From positions 7,874,001 to 7,938,000 of the forward strand of contig CP075494.1 of the NCBI GenBank assembly GCA_021613535.1: a DNA stretch of 64,000 nt. Reading direction: 5' to 3'. The notes beneath the pieces were generated by a model. That model was not told where the DNA came from, ran no database searches, and saw only the letters and a list, made by a program, of their open reading frames with translations. The position numbers were made by a program, and so were the translations under genes. Source of the DNA: Adineta vaga (lineage: Eukaryota > Animalia > Rotifera). Below are positions 29,618-45,510 of the stretch, in pieces. Within the stretch, counting starts at the first letter, position 1. Each line of letters opens with the position of its first letter.

Positions 29618-30154
29618 CGTTCTGTACTCAAATAAATTGAAAGTTATCTGTAGAAATATGGTATATTAAATGTACTCTTTTCGCGATATTTATAGACAAA
29701 AACGTTTCATTGATCCTTAATTGTATTGCGCAGTATTAAAATGTATTTTGTCTTATCTGTTTTTATTATCAACAGTGATATACAGGTATATTCGTATGAC
29801 AGATACAGTAACGAAGCTATAGATATGTTGTGGTTTGATTTATGGATATAAACAAGATAATAATCAACCAAGCAAAACAAATATACGTCATCAGTCCTTA
29901 CTTAAACTGAATATACCTTTTTTTAATTACGTTTATAATAAAATGTAAATTATTTGTTTTTAACGTTCGTTTGACGTCAATTGAACTGATGGATTTTTTT
30001 TTATTAAAAATGGCCTTGAGATGGTGAAAGAAATTATACATAGTTTTTATGACGTAGGCACATACGTAAATTGTAACAGATATGTGAAAATATTTTATTT
30101 TCTATGATTAAATTTTCTTGGCACAAAACATTTATTAACGTCAATGATATGATA

Positions 30155-30712
30155 TTAAGATTTCTGGCTACTGTTTGGTGTTCGATTATCATCAGGTTTT
30201 GTACTGATTATACTGTTTCCATTGGACTCTCCTGATCCTAGGAAAAATTCATCGAATGGTCGAGCATTTGTTACAGTTGGTCGGAGACAATAGAGTGATT
30301 CTTTTGGTGAACTACGCAAAAAGTTTGACTGAATTGCTAGAAAATAAGAAGTTGAAAATGATTATTTTGTTCGATAATGCTTGCCTATTGAAGAAATAGG
30401 TGAACGAAAACCTTTACGAGTCACATGTGAAGAAGTTTTGGTCGATTGATCTAATAAATATGAACATAGTAGTTTCAAGAAAGAGAAACAACAAGCATAA
30501 ATTTAGTAGGTTTAATAGAGCACAAATAGCTATATCTGATTATTAATAAATTACCATGTGAAGAAATTCGAGAATGATAGGGTTGTTTTGCTGAATTTTC
30601 TTCTACATATTCTAATGAAGATGATGATGCTCTTGCATTACTTTTATGGTGTGGAATTTTGGATGTTTCATTCGATTCATCGTCATGTTTGGTCGATAAT
30701 TCTGTACGTGAG

Positions 30713-30743
<31 letters not shown>

Positions 30744-30768
30744 TCATATCTACAATGATTTTAGTCAT
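30155..30768 (-). CDS. Small Ser-rich uncharacterised protein (3 exons, one GC-AG intron)
   Basis: The frame is kept across a GT-AG intron (about 30451-30554) and a GC-AG intron (30337-30384). Poly-Ser comes from a (GAT)n repeat. Confidence 0.55.
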
Positions 30769-31361
30769 AGAATGGTTCCATTGTCAAAAGAAGTTTGTAA
30801 AATTGATCCATCGATAATTTTGAATACGTGTGTTTGTTGTTTTTTTTTCTTTTATTCATCCATTTCTATTATAATTTTCAACGTTTTTTCACTTATAATA
30901 AAGCATTTTGTCAAAAAAAACAACATAATTACAGATTACGGAAGCCGAAATCTGAATGATAATTAATAGATATTTACTCGACTCGATTCTGTTTCTGTCA
31001 TATCGTATTATATTTATGCAAATCTGTAGAGCGCGCTATAATCTTTAAACAAAAAAAGCATTTAGAATGTTTCATTTTTATCAAAATGTACCATTCTTAT
31101 CTTCTGTGTAGTATACTGACGATCCAATTTAAGATTGTAAAAATACAAAAACAATATATTTTCTTTCAATGTAAGTTAACTATGATTGGTCAATTGTTGC
31201 ATCCAATCAAATCTAAGTTGCTGATTCTTCCTCAATAAATATTGTTTGCTTTCCATCTCGTCAGTAGTCGCTAGTCTTTCTCGCCTACTCAATTTAGTTT
31301 TGTATATTTTGTGTCAGCGAGTACTTCTATTGCCGTTATCGGCAATTTTATTTTATTCACA

Positions 31362-32894
31362 ATGAGAACTCCTGTGCCATTGAACAGTATTCGTATTGGC
31401 ATTACTGATTGTGCTCGTTATGCCAATTACGAACGATGGTTTTTAGATGCTCCAACAAAAGTTGATGTTATTCGTCTTTCTTATAATTTAAATAATTTGG
31501 ATGATATTCACAATTGTGAAGGAATTGTTTTATCCGGTGGAGAAGATGTCGATCCACGTCGATACAAACGACCTGACCTTCTTGGTAGATTAGAATTAAC
31601 TGATATTGATGAAAACCGTGATGAATTTGAATGGGAAGTTATTGAACGTGCTTTAGAATTAAAACTACCAATCTTAGGCATTTGTCGTGGTTCGTATCTA
31701 GATTTTCTTGAATTTTGATAATATTAAATGAATTCGTTTTTGTAGGTATGCAATTATTTAATGTTTATCATGGTGGTACACTTATTTTTGATATTCCATC
31801 AGTTACAAATATTATTGGACATGCTAAAATTCAAGGTATGAACATTTTTTTATAAGTTTAGATCTAGGACTCATGGTCTTTTCTATACAACATTGCGTTT
31901 CTGAATCTAAATAGAAAATACAGTTTCTATTCACTATAGACAGTCACCTATATATGTAAAACGTATTTTAATATTGCAACCCTATATTCACCATGAAGAT
32001 GAGAATTTCAAAAGGCCATTGTATGATATGTATAGTTTATGTAATAGATAAACAAAAATATTGAAAAGAAGAAAGGCAAAATGATGTGACAGAAATAAAC
32101 ACTCTACTTAGATTTCCTGACACCATACATATTACACCTTGATCGTAGAGACAATAATATTATGATTCTGTGGAAAAAAAAAGATTGAATGAAATCTACC
32201 TTTTAACCTTGTTGCTCATAGCAACTTTATCATTATCGTGTTAATCAGTTCATGAGCAACCATACATTAACCTTTACAGAATTGATCTCAATGCTATCTA
32301 TAATGCGAATGATGATATGTTCAAATTCGAAGGACATAAATAAATGACCATGACTAACATCTAAGTGCATTTTAAGAGAACATTAAAACGTATCGATTTA
32401 TTAACAATATCTGAAATGATTAAAAGAAAAATGTTCATGATGAAGATAATAGAAGTATTGTTATTTTAAATTAGGTATGGATCAACGTCATGAAATATTT
32501 GTTGGAGAAAAAACTCTTCTCAACAAAATCACAGGATGTTGTACAGGTGCTGTCAATTCATCACATCATCAATGCGTTGAAACACTCGGTAAAAATTTAT
32601 TAATTGCAGCAAGAGCTGAAGATCCGGTTGTTGAAGCAATTCAATGGCAAAATGCACATGAAAAACCATTTTATTTAGGCGTACAAGTAAGATTCATTAA
32701 ACATATCTAATCGTTCACTTATCTTTTCATTTTCTATGTAACTTTAGTGGCATCCTGAACGAATGGTTGATCAAAATAGTCCATTTTCATATAATATCCG
32801 TCAAGCATTTCTTGATTATATTGTGGAACATCGAGAAGAATCTACAAATGAAAACGAAGAAGAAATGCCGACAACTATATCAGAAATTGCTTAG
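31362..32894 (+). CDS. Class I glutamine amidotransferase-like peptidase C26 (PuuD / gamma-glutamyl-GABA hydrolase family), bacterial type
   Basis: GIVLSGGEDVDP, DENRDEFE, nucleophile GICRGMQ, GGTL, VNSSHHQ and GVQWHPE; introns at 31690-31745, 31836-32474 and 32687-32747. Confidence 0.92.
31858..32364. mobile_element. Possible decayed MITE-like insertion in intron 2 of the C26 gene
   Basis: Imperfect terminal inverted repeats: TTAGATctaggacTCATGGTC (31858-31878) versus the reverse complement of 32346-32364, TTAGATgttagTCATGGTC. No coding capacity. Confidence 0.35.
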
Positions 32895-33792
32895 ATTCTT
32901 TTACACACGCACACACACACATATATATTAGGATTTTGTCGCAAAACATTCCTCTTAGAAAATTTCTATTTTTTTTAGTGTTCAAAATATTTTTTCCCCC
33001 ATGCTTATCTTTCTTTGAAGAATAGTGCATTCCAGTCTTATATTCTTTAATTCTACAATGAATTTTTAAGCTTGTGTTTATGGCAAAAAGCAAATTAATC
33101 TTCATCTTAATATATAATTATATTTGTCTTATATCAGTGTGAATAGAGATCTCTCTATTAACGCCAACGTCCATTTATATATTTATATGTCATTGAACTT
33201 TCCGTTCTGTTTCATATATATATATATACTATTTGGACTTTCCACACTTTATCTCTTTTCTCTCTATATTTTTTCTTCTTTTCTCCTCTTGATCTAACTG
33301 ACTCACAATATTATTCGTCTTTTTTCTCATCTTCATCAGTTGGTATTGTTTTCTTTTGGTTTTATTCTCAATCACACCTCTTTCATCTGGATAAGCCATG
33401 CTTCTAGTTTTCATGTATGGGTTCTCGTCCCAAATAGCCAATCGAGAAGATTTGGTATAGTGTGTTTTGACCTTGATCTAGAGTTGGGCCAAGAGTTCTT
33501 TCATTCGAGAAACCCATATGTTGATTGAAACAGTTCGTTTTTGTAATTGAATGAAGAGTCAGATCAGTTCTATTCAACTGCTGTCAATCCTTTTTATTCT
33601 ATTTTTCAAAACTTATACATAATCATGCATTTTATTTGGCCGTTTGTCTTGTATTCATTTCACATTGTCAATGCTTTTCTTTTTCAATTTCATTCTATTT
33701 TTTTGTTTGAATTTTAAAAACAAATTGAGCAAATATGTTATCATTGTCATTGGAATTTTTTTAGATATGTCAAAAAGAACGTTTTAGACACG

Positions 33793-34860
33793 ATGGTTCT
33801 TTTTAGTAAATTTCGACCGTTATTACAAACGGTATTAAAACCAACAGAACAATTGCAAACAAGTAAAATTTATTGTCGATAGAAAATGATAAACAAGTAG
33901 ACAAAATGATTTCTTTCTAGTTGTCAAACGATGGAGTTCAGAACGACGAATGAAAATGATGATATCGGAATTTCATGAACGGAAATTCTTTGATATGTTT
34001 GTAAGTTATTAACGATTATTTTTCTTAGATAAGAATTTAATGAATACACCATACAGTGAGCTTAATTTTTATGTATTGTTACTATTTGTTTGACTGAATA
34101 TAAATGAAGTAATGTGTTTAACAAGTTTGTCATCTGGAATAGACATCTCAAAACATAAGGCATTCTATAGATAAGAATTGTGAATAGAATAAACTATTTG
34201 TTTTTGAATGTTTTGGATTTCTTCTTCTATGAAAGTTCTAATTTGTTTGTATTGTAGCATTATTACTTTTTGATCGGATTGGTGCCTACGTTCTGTGTCG
34301 TTTTTTATGCAAATGTATTTATCGGTATGTACAATTGTAAGTAGAAATTATTTTTTAATATTTTATTTTACTTTATAGGTCAAGCAACATTGACAGAAAT
34401 TCCTGATGGATATGAACCACGACATTGGGAATATTATAAAGTTTGTCTTTGTCATTCTAAATTCTATGAGGAAAGTAAAAGCACTGATTTCTTTATTTAG
34501 CATCCACTTCGTCGTTTTATGGCTCGTAACTTGGTTCAACCATTTGATGAACGTTACGAAATTTCCCTTCATTCCATCTACACTCATGTGATGAGGGATA
34601 AAATGAAGTAGAATAGAATCAAAGTATTAATGTTCATTCATGATTTTATCTGATATTTTTCTAGAGCACTTGAACGAAAAGTACGACGTTTAGAACATGC
34701 ACGTGGTGATGCTAAAGGATGGTATTATCGTCCAACTGTTGACCATTTAACTGAACTTGAACAGAAGAAAGCAGCTGAACGAGGCGAAGGTTATTCAGCA
34801 ATGATGGCACCTCGGGAATTACCTCCACCACAAACATGGCCTAATCCACCTAAAAACTAA
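33793..34860 (+). CDS. NDUFB5: NADH dehydrogenase 1 beta subcomplex subunit 5 (SGDH)
   Basis: Basic mitochondrial-type presequence, a TM segment, [28 protein letters not shown] and RGDAKGWYY. Confidence 0.9.
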
Positions 34861-36129
34861 TGGATTTGTTGTAGACACGTGTTTATTTTCTACTCCTTGT
34901 AGTCAGTTGATTTCCACATTAAAGTAACAACATTACTATCATCATCCTTTTCATTTCCCCTCATTTTGAGTCTTTAGATTGTTTGATATGAATAAAAAAA
35001 GAAGGATTGAAAATCATCTTGTTTGTTTTTCTTAGAAAATTTTGTACGACTATAAGAAATATCATACTGCTTTCCTCTGTAAAAATCTATCTTTTTTCTT
35101 TCTTGTTCGTCCTTTATGAGATAGATAGAGAGAGAGAGAAAAACAAATAGAACTAGTAGATGAATCCATACATTATCCAACTTCCGATTGGTAGCATGTA
35201 TTCAACACATTAGCAACAACAATAACAATAAGATAGTGTCAGTAGAATAATGTTCTCTTATTAAAGATAGAAGAGTATTCGATTTCATCCTTATGTAGAA
35301 TAGCTAAGTTAAAAGATTAAACATATGTTTCGTCAGCAGAGTAGAGAAACAATTCGTTTGGCTATTACAATGAAAATATTAATTATTTTGATGATTTTTC
35401 TTCATTCATTCAAACTAGTATGATGTCGTAATGACACCGAATTCTATTTCTTCACTTGTATGCATATCGATACAAATATTTTTCTTCTATTGGAAGAATC
35501 CATCTGTTCTCACATAAAATGTACTGGTAGATGAACTTGTCAATGTCGTTAGTCGTAATAGTCTATATTTGCATGTCTGTCCTTGGCTAGAGAGAAACGC
35601 AATCTGCCTTATGTTTTCTCTTTCTTTTTTTTTCTTTCTTTTTCTATACATACTGGCTGGCGTAGTCTTCTTCATCCTGTACTCAACATATCAGACGGTT
35701 TTTTCTCCCTATGTCTCATTCTCTCATGCTAGCGCTTACAAATACAAGGTCAATTGTCAACGAGAAGAGACATATAAGTTTGTGTTGTCGACGCGACGAG
35801 TAGTACTTCTTATAGAGGTTTTTGCTTGTCGATTAAAACGAAGAGATAGAGAGAAAAAGAGAGAGAGAGAAAGAAAGAAAGAAAAATTGTTTTTGTATGG
35901 AGGCTTGTCTGTCACTATTCGATTCTTGTCGATTTTGGTTGAGAGAAAAAAAGAAAGACATAAAAAGGGCCTTAGCGCCCAGGCCAACATGGCCGTCAGG
36001 CAATTGACCAATATTGAGTAAGTTTTCTGAACAGGAATAAGAGATCATTTTTCTATTCCTTAGCTAGTTTTCTTTCATTTACATTTCTAAATTTAATTCT
36101 TTCTTTATAGATCATATTAATCATCGAAA

Positions 36130-38497
<2,368 letters not shown>

Positions 38498-38991
38498 TCG
38501 ATCTTCAAATACATCCGTAGTTTAATAGATCTATCAGCAAAGAAATCCTATTTAGTTTCAACCTTTCAAGTATCTACTTAGAACAGTTTCGTTTATTTTA
38601 TTCTATTTTTTATTTCTTCTCTTCTTTCTATTGGTGTGATGTTCGTCTGTTTATCTCTTTATTTCTTTTTGCTTCTCTATGTCGATTACGTTTGAAAATA
38701 TAAACAAACGGGCAAGAGTGTACTTCCCGGTGTTTGGTTGTACAGAGAAATCAGTGAGAACACACACACACTTTGATTCCTTCTCATCACTTTCATATTG
38801 TGTAGTATTGTGCTTCTATCTATCTATTTACGATTATATCTTAGTTTATTTTCCTTATTAAATGTTTTAAAAGTTTTTCTTCATTAATCTTTGATAATAT
38901 TAATATATGAACGTTTGCAAATTATCAAGATGGTACGATCGACGATTGCTTAGAAAATGACTTTTTCCGTTTCTAGGAACATTCTTTATCA

Positions 38992-41648
38992 TTAACGTGG
39001 TGTTTTCACAATTAAACGTGGAAATCTAGCACAACATGTAAGTGCAATAAGAAAAAGAATCGCAGCTAAAAACATGACATAAACAAAACCTATATGAACA
39101 AGTGCAAAGACGTAAACATTTCGATGACAATAATTATTTGGATTTTCTAATCCGAAATCAAAATGTGGTTTATAAATACTCCATGTCCAATATTGGCCAA
39201 CAATAAACCATCCGAAAAGAAAAAGATTTAGAACAGCATCAGTAAAATGCGATCCATCTAAATAAAATAACAATTAATTGATCTAAAAACAAAGTTAAAT
39301 TTAAAGAATGATCAACCATTTTCCGTCTCTTCTTCTTGATCAAGTTCGACGCCTTCTAATTTTCGCATACGTCGTCGACGAAATTGTTTCCATAATAAAT
39401 TTAATACACGTACAAGTCCCATAGAACCAACAACAAGAAGATAAACAGGTAAATTAGGTTGTACTGGACAATCATTTAAATATTTAACACCTAAAAAACA
39501 ACTTCTTGAATTGAGAAAACATCAAAATGAAATTATTCTACCCATAAAGAATAGTATTATTTGAAAAATTGTTAAAAGAATTAATAAAGCTGTAGCAATG
39601 ACTAAACGAAAAACAAAAGTTATTTATATTTTCAACCATAACTTACTGAAATAATCGTTTTATTTTACAAAATCCTTGTGTTTGATTATTAATAACTTGG
39701 AGAAAGAAGAGAACAAAGGCGTCTACTATCCATCGAATAAGAACTACTCATTTATTCATTTAGATGAACTATTTTAAGAATATTTCTTTAGAAATTAATT
39801 CGAGAAAGTATTTCTTTCCTTGCAAAAGCAAACGGAACAAAAAAGAAAAGCGAGATCTTTCATGGTTAATTGAGGAAATCTAATGTAATAGTGTTAATAG
39901 AAAAAAATGAGATTTTATACATTACATGTATGTGTAATGATTGAAAAAGATTTTTTAACGAATTCAAAATAAGTTTCCGAATCTTGAATAGCTTCACCTA
40001 TAAATAAAAATATAAAACAAATAAATCGAATGTTTGTATTTACCTAATCGACTACAAACAGATACATAGGGATCACTATCTTTCACATCTTCTACCCATT
40101 CACTCGACGATAATAATAAACGATGATCTTCTTGTGATAACTAAAAGAAAAGTTGATTATTCGTTTGTTTTTTGATAATATTTATTGAAAACAATGATCT
40201 TCATTCAAATTCTCTTTTCACTTACAACTTTTTTATTTTTATCCATATCACGCTGTTTTAAAAATTGAGCATAACTACTACTTAAACTACTGAGACGAAC
40301 AGTTCGTTGTCCATCGAGAAAGCTCGATGACGATGTATGACTTAAAGTTATAGTCAATTTCTTTTTCGTTGGTGATAAAATCGGATTCATCTCGAAAGAT
40401 GTACGTCTCGATCGTTGATTCGTTGGTAAATCCAAATGCATCTTCAAACCGATGTGGTGATTGTATTTACTAATCCGATAGATTTGCTTGTTTCGGAATA
40501 AATGAATATGGAAAAAGTCGTTTTTTCTTCTCCTTTTTTTCCCTATTCTTATCATTACCGTGTTACAGGAGAGTAAAGAGATGAGCAAGAAAAAAAGATA
40601 AAATTAAAGAGGAAATAAACGTACTCTAATTTGATTTGATAGACATTGTCAGAAGAAAATCTAATGATAAACTTCTCTTTTCACAAACTATTAATTGTCA
40701 TATCCGACAACGAAAAAAACGAACAGAAACATTAGTCAATCATATGAATGATTATCTAGACAGTTATTTTCTTGAAAATTAGATTAGAACATTAAGGTAA
40801 ATTCGGTCAATTAGATTTCTGACAAATATATATGTCTATAAAAAAACACATTATGATCAAATGGAAGTTCTCGTTACGAATGACCATGAATAAAAAGAAA
40901 AGTTTTTCTTATCTTGAATTTCATCGAAATATTCGTCTACTCAAACAAAACGTTATTCTTTTTCTCATGATAAAGAGTGAAAATCTGAAATTTTTGACAG
41001 AGAGAAATCGATTCATTGTGTCATTCAATAAGAGAACCATCAGTATTAGGAAGTATTCCATTCTCTGAAATGAAAACGGATACTATGTACTTGAATATAG
41101 ATGATATTCTTATTCTATTGTTCACTAACTGTTTGATTCTTAATTTTCACGAAGACTAAAAATGAAGCTTATTAATAAAAAGAAACGGAAATGATCCTTT
41201 TATTTCTATTACCATTGGAGTAGATCGATGTTTATTATCACCATTAGTTGTTCCATTATTCGATGTAAAAAATGTAACTATTCCTCCATTCATATTCTCA
41301 GTAGATAATCGTTGACTAGCTAAGATTTCATCTGGCGTTGTCGTATAACTTGATTGACGTTTAAAATTCGATGATGATGATGATTGACCTTTATTTGCGA
41401 ATCGACTTTTTCTTGGTCCACTACTTGCTCGATGTCCGGATGTTTTTCGTTCACTTAGAAATGCTGTTGCAATATTGGCTAATGATACATGACGATTTGG
41501 TATGCCCGATGAAGGATCAAAACTTCCTGTACTTGTTCTGAAGAAAAAGAAGAAAAAGTAATTTTTCTTAAACAAAACACAACACCGATTGTAATTAACA
41601 ATTTCCGATAACGAAACGTTAACTTCTTCTACTTTGATTTGCGCACAT
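38992..41648 (-). CDS. TMEM272-like multi-pass membrane protein with long Ser-rich N-terminus
   Basis: C-terminal exons KYLNDCPVQPNLPVYLLVVG, FLFGWFIVGQYWTWSIY and NYCHRNVYVFA. The upstream exons (40080-40140, about 40222-40450, 41213-41538, ATG 41648) were joined by eye, so the 5' structure is uncertain. Confidence 0.65.
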
Positions 41649-44600
41649 AATAAACATAAAAAAATAAAAATATTGATCTTCGATTAACATGAAAGATTGA
41701 TATAAATACTGACTATCTCAATCTAATCGTTTTTTGGTTCTACTCTATGGTCTAATAAAATGAATGACGAATAATACGATAGATCATTGAATTCAAGTTT
41801 ATCATTTGTTTTGAAATCTATATGTATTTCCTCGTTCTTTTCCTTTACTTAATCATCTAATTACGGACGGCATTGAGCTGATTCATTCTCAATTTCCAAT
41901 CATATCATTCCGATTTAAATACCAACAATCTTATGTTACTAAGAAAATGAAAACTAAAAGATATTCCAGTCATCTTCTGATACGTCTTTGTGAACTGCAT
42001 CATAACTTTCACTTCTACTCCTACGTTTCATTAAATATGCTGTAAAATCCTAATTTTTTGACGGACTACTTACTTACGACTTTATTCGAGTAATATTTTC
42101 TACATATTATATTATTATTTCTTAACGTTATTATTCAACGAGAAAAGAAAAGTTAGAAAACAACACTTGAGAATATTTTCTTCTTCTCGCTTTTACTATT
42201 TCTAATCGATATTTACTCAAGATAAATACATTTGAACAACAAAAAATTCGGAATGATTAGACATATTAAACATACCCACTATACATTGAACCGAATTGAC
42301 GCGACATTGTCCACACTTCTAAAACAAAAAGAATTTCAATAAGACATGATCAATTTCAATTGAACTGAATGATAAAAACAGTAAATTATCTCTACTGATG
42401 ATAGACATCGGTTTTTCTCTCTTTTCAAATCATCTTCCATTTGTTGTCTTCTACTCAGTTTCTTTTTTCTTTCTTTTTTTCTTCTTCGTTTCCTATGGCA
42501 TTCCGAACGATGATGATAATGATAATTTTCAGTTTCCTTTTTTGTCATGTATCTATCTGATGTAACGATCGAAAGCAAGCTTTTGCTCGAAGCAAAAGTT
42601 AACTATACATCATGAAATTGAGTTACATATATGCTTTCTTTTTTCTCATTTCTAAAAGGACAAGTATAGAAAACATGTTGATTGCCATTCGTGCTGAAAA
42701 CTCATTAAATAACAATCGATATGTTTGAAATGACTTTTTTATGTTAATTCATTTAAAGAACAAGAAAAACTGCTGTTCAAGCTTTAACAGTTCTTTTCTA
42801 TCTATTATTGATTGAAGTAAATTGTTCAATATAAAATTAATATTCTTCAATTGATATCTAGGTTACTAGAATTATTTGTTTGTCCAATAATCTCATCTCA
42901 AGATAGTCTCATACTTGACATTGACAAACATAAGAAGATACGATGTCAATTTGACTTTCTATCAGATATTAGAATGAATATGTTCGATTAAAAAAATTTG
43001 TTAACTATTCAAATGATTTTTAACATTTTAGTTCATCAATTAAACTCGATATTATATCGATGATATTTATCTTTCATTGATAATTAAAATTTATGAAGAT
43101 TCTACTCTATTTTTTTAGGTCAAACGAGAGCGAGTATTGTTCTTTGTATTGCAGATCGAAAAAACAAGATATAACAATAGGATAGAATTAACATCACTTT
43201 CTTTGTCCGTAATTAGCACAGTCCTTCCGAAATACAATTCTATCAATCATATGTGTCTGTGCTGAGTAATATCTTGGTTCAATCTGCAAGATATATGGTA
43301 CATCATGTGGAGTTCAATAACAATAATGAGTATTACTTAATAATTATACTATAATTTCAAAGATAATCTTAGTGTATTTATTAAGAGTATTCATTTGTTG
43401 ATAGAGTTACTGTTAAATGTGTATACCATTGAGAATATTCATCTACCAAATGAACTTTTCGTTATGTATTTTCCAAAAAAACCTCGATAAAACCTATCTT
43501 CGTATTCATCGATGTATCGTATGAAGTTAGAATCGATACTAGTCTTGCTATTTCTTATAGAAATTAATTTTTTAGTATCCCTATTTTTCAGTTAATCAGC
43601 TTCTAAATCTGGAAGATTTTTATATGATCATAAGATGTGCCAACTATCCGTCGTATATACATACACTGCTTGATCTGATGATATTTGTTAGAATGAAGTC
43701 CTTTTTTCAGCTAAAACATATAATTCATGTACTCATTGTCTAGTACGATAATTGAATCATTATTCGTTGCTAATCCAACATTACAGATTAATTTGAAAAC
43801 TAAATAATAAAACATGATTTTAACGATCTTTTATTCATTGTACCAGAATACGATGTAGTCTTAAAGAAAAGATTAAAAGATACAATTTCTGACTTAATTT
43901 TTCCACTAAAAACTACTGCACACAGAAGATCATGTAATGCAAACAGTTTGACGTATACAACCGTTTTATCTCTATTGAAATGGAGTGAACGTTTTTTTTT
44001 ATTCTTGTCTTTTCTGTTTTTTAATAATGGCGAGATTTGCCAAAATGCTTGTTAAGATTATTGTCCATTTAGAACAATGTGCTTTATCATATACTTGTAT
44101 ATTACATTCAATTTTATATAGTTTTATTGATGATGTCAAAACACTGAATAAAATATTTCTACTATTACCGTTAGAAGATAATACTTTGATATAAATTATT
44201 TCAATTGTAGAAACTAAAATAATAAATAATGAAAATGACGAAACGTGTGCGGGCAAATGCGAAAGGGTCGTTATCTTTAACATTCTTTTATTCTTTAAGG
44301 TGACTTATGTAAGAGCAAATATAAGGTTAGAACTGATAAAATCTCTTCTATCTCTATATGCAAATATGATCATATGACAGACAAGGGGGCTTGGTATATG
44401 CCGAGCATTATCTCATCAATAAAAAAAGGACTTAAAGATTTCTTATCATCGAGTACCTCGAACTTTGTGATTCTTTATTGCAAATGAAACAAAAACAATT
44501 GGTAATAATCAGATAACATAGCATTTACATGCGTCTTAATAATGCACTGTAATATTTTCACACGAAACACTCCCCCTTTTTTTTGTCCTTGATGAAGTTA

Positions 44601-45510
44601 TCTTTCGTTTGAAAGAAAGTACTTCAAAATACTCTTCCATTTCGTTGATAATATACTGAAAAGACAATGATGTAAAAAAAATAATATGAATGAAATCTAA
44701 CAATGAAAACTAAACTATTGCTTTAATTTTCTTTCAGGTGTTGTAAAACTTGAGAGCATTTGAGTGTCAAGTATTGACCCATTTATGAAAATATATGGCG
44801 TCATCATCATCATAGAACAAACATTATCATAGAAAATACTCATATGACAAATGTAATAATACGACGAGATTTTTTCTGAAAAATAATCGTACGATACGAA
44901 TACGATCACATGATCCAGTTTATCTAACCACCAATAAAAAATATCCACATCTGCTCGACGCGTGTTTCTTTCGATGGAAGTTTTCTGTCGATCTGAGAAA
45001 TTTTGTTTATGACTTATTTGCGCACGCAAACACATGATTATTACAGACAACGCACTCGTTCTCTTGTTTTTTTTGCCCTTCGACAGAATGGTAAAGAACG
45101 TGGACTTGCCTCAATACCTCGCTAACATCACACAGAACGCCATAACATCATATGATAGAAAGAACGAAAAGCATATAGCAAAATAGCATAACAATCATTC
45201 ACTGAGCGTGTGACTTTAACCAAGTAGTTTGTGTCATCTGATTAAAGAATGATGCTTACTGATCACATGAGCACCATGAAAACAATGAAACCCAGCCGAA
45301 CATATCTTTTTACGACCAACCTTCCCTCACTCCTCCATTACCAATACACGCACACCCCTCGTGCTCTTTATACGCTTTACCAAGTGTATATAAGTACCAG
45401 AGATCTGCCCATTCATATTTTAAAAAAAAACACAACTGTCTTTCTACGGAAAACAATTTGGTTTCTCAATTACATTTACAACTGATTATTCAAAGCAAAA
45501 TATCTCAACC

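Noticed and set aside
32211-32225. RFX X-box-like GTTGCTCATAGCAAC
   Set aside because: It is intronic in a non-ciliary gene and part of a local inverted repeat; a single motif is insufficient.
33370-33410. Minus-strand ACTAGAAGCATGGCTTA resembling RNase P/MRP CR-V
   Set aside because: I found no matching CR-I (GAAAGUC-type) partner to form helix P4.
35487-36048. Several overlapping ORFs (up to 150 aa) upstream of enolase
   Set aside because: Low-complexity GA/T-rich promoter and 5'UTR sequence with no domain signal. An intron at about 36019-36110 suggests an enolase 5'UTR exon.
43985-45485. Short ORFs (69-111 aa) in the long intergenic region
   Set aside because: No domain motifs or consistent splice structure; expected by chance in AT-rich DNA.
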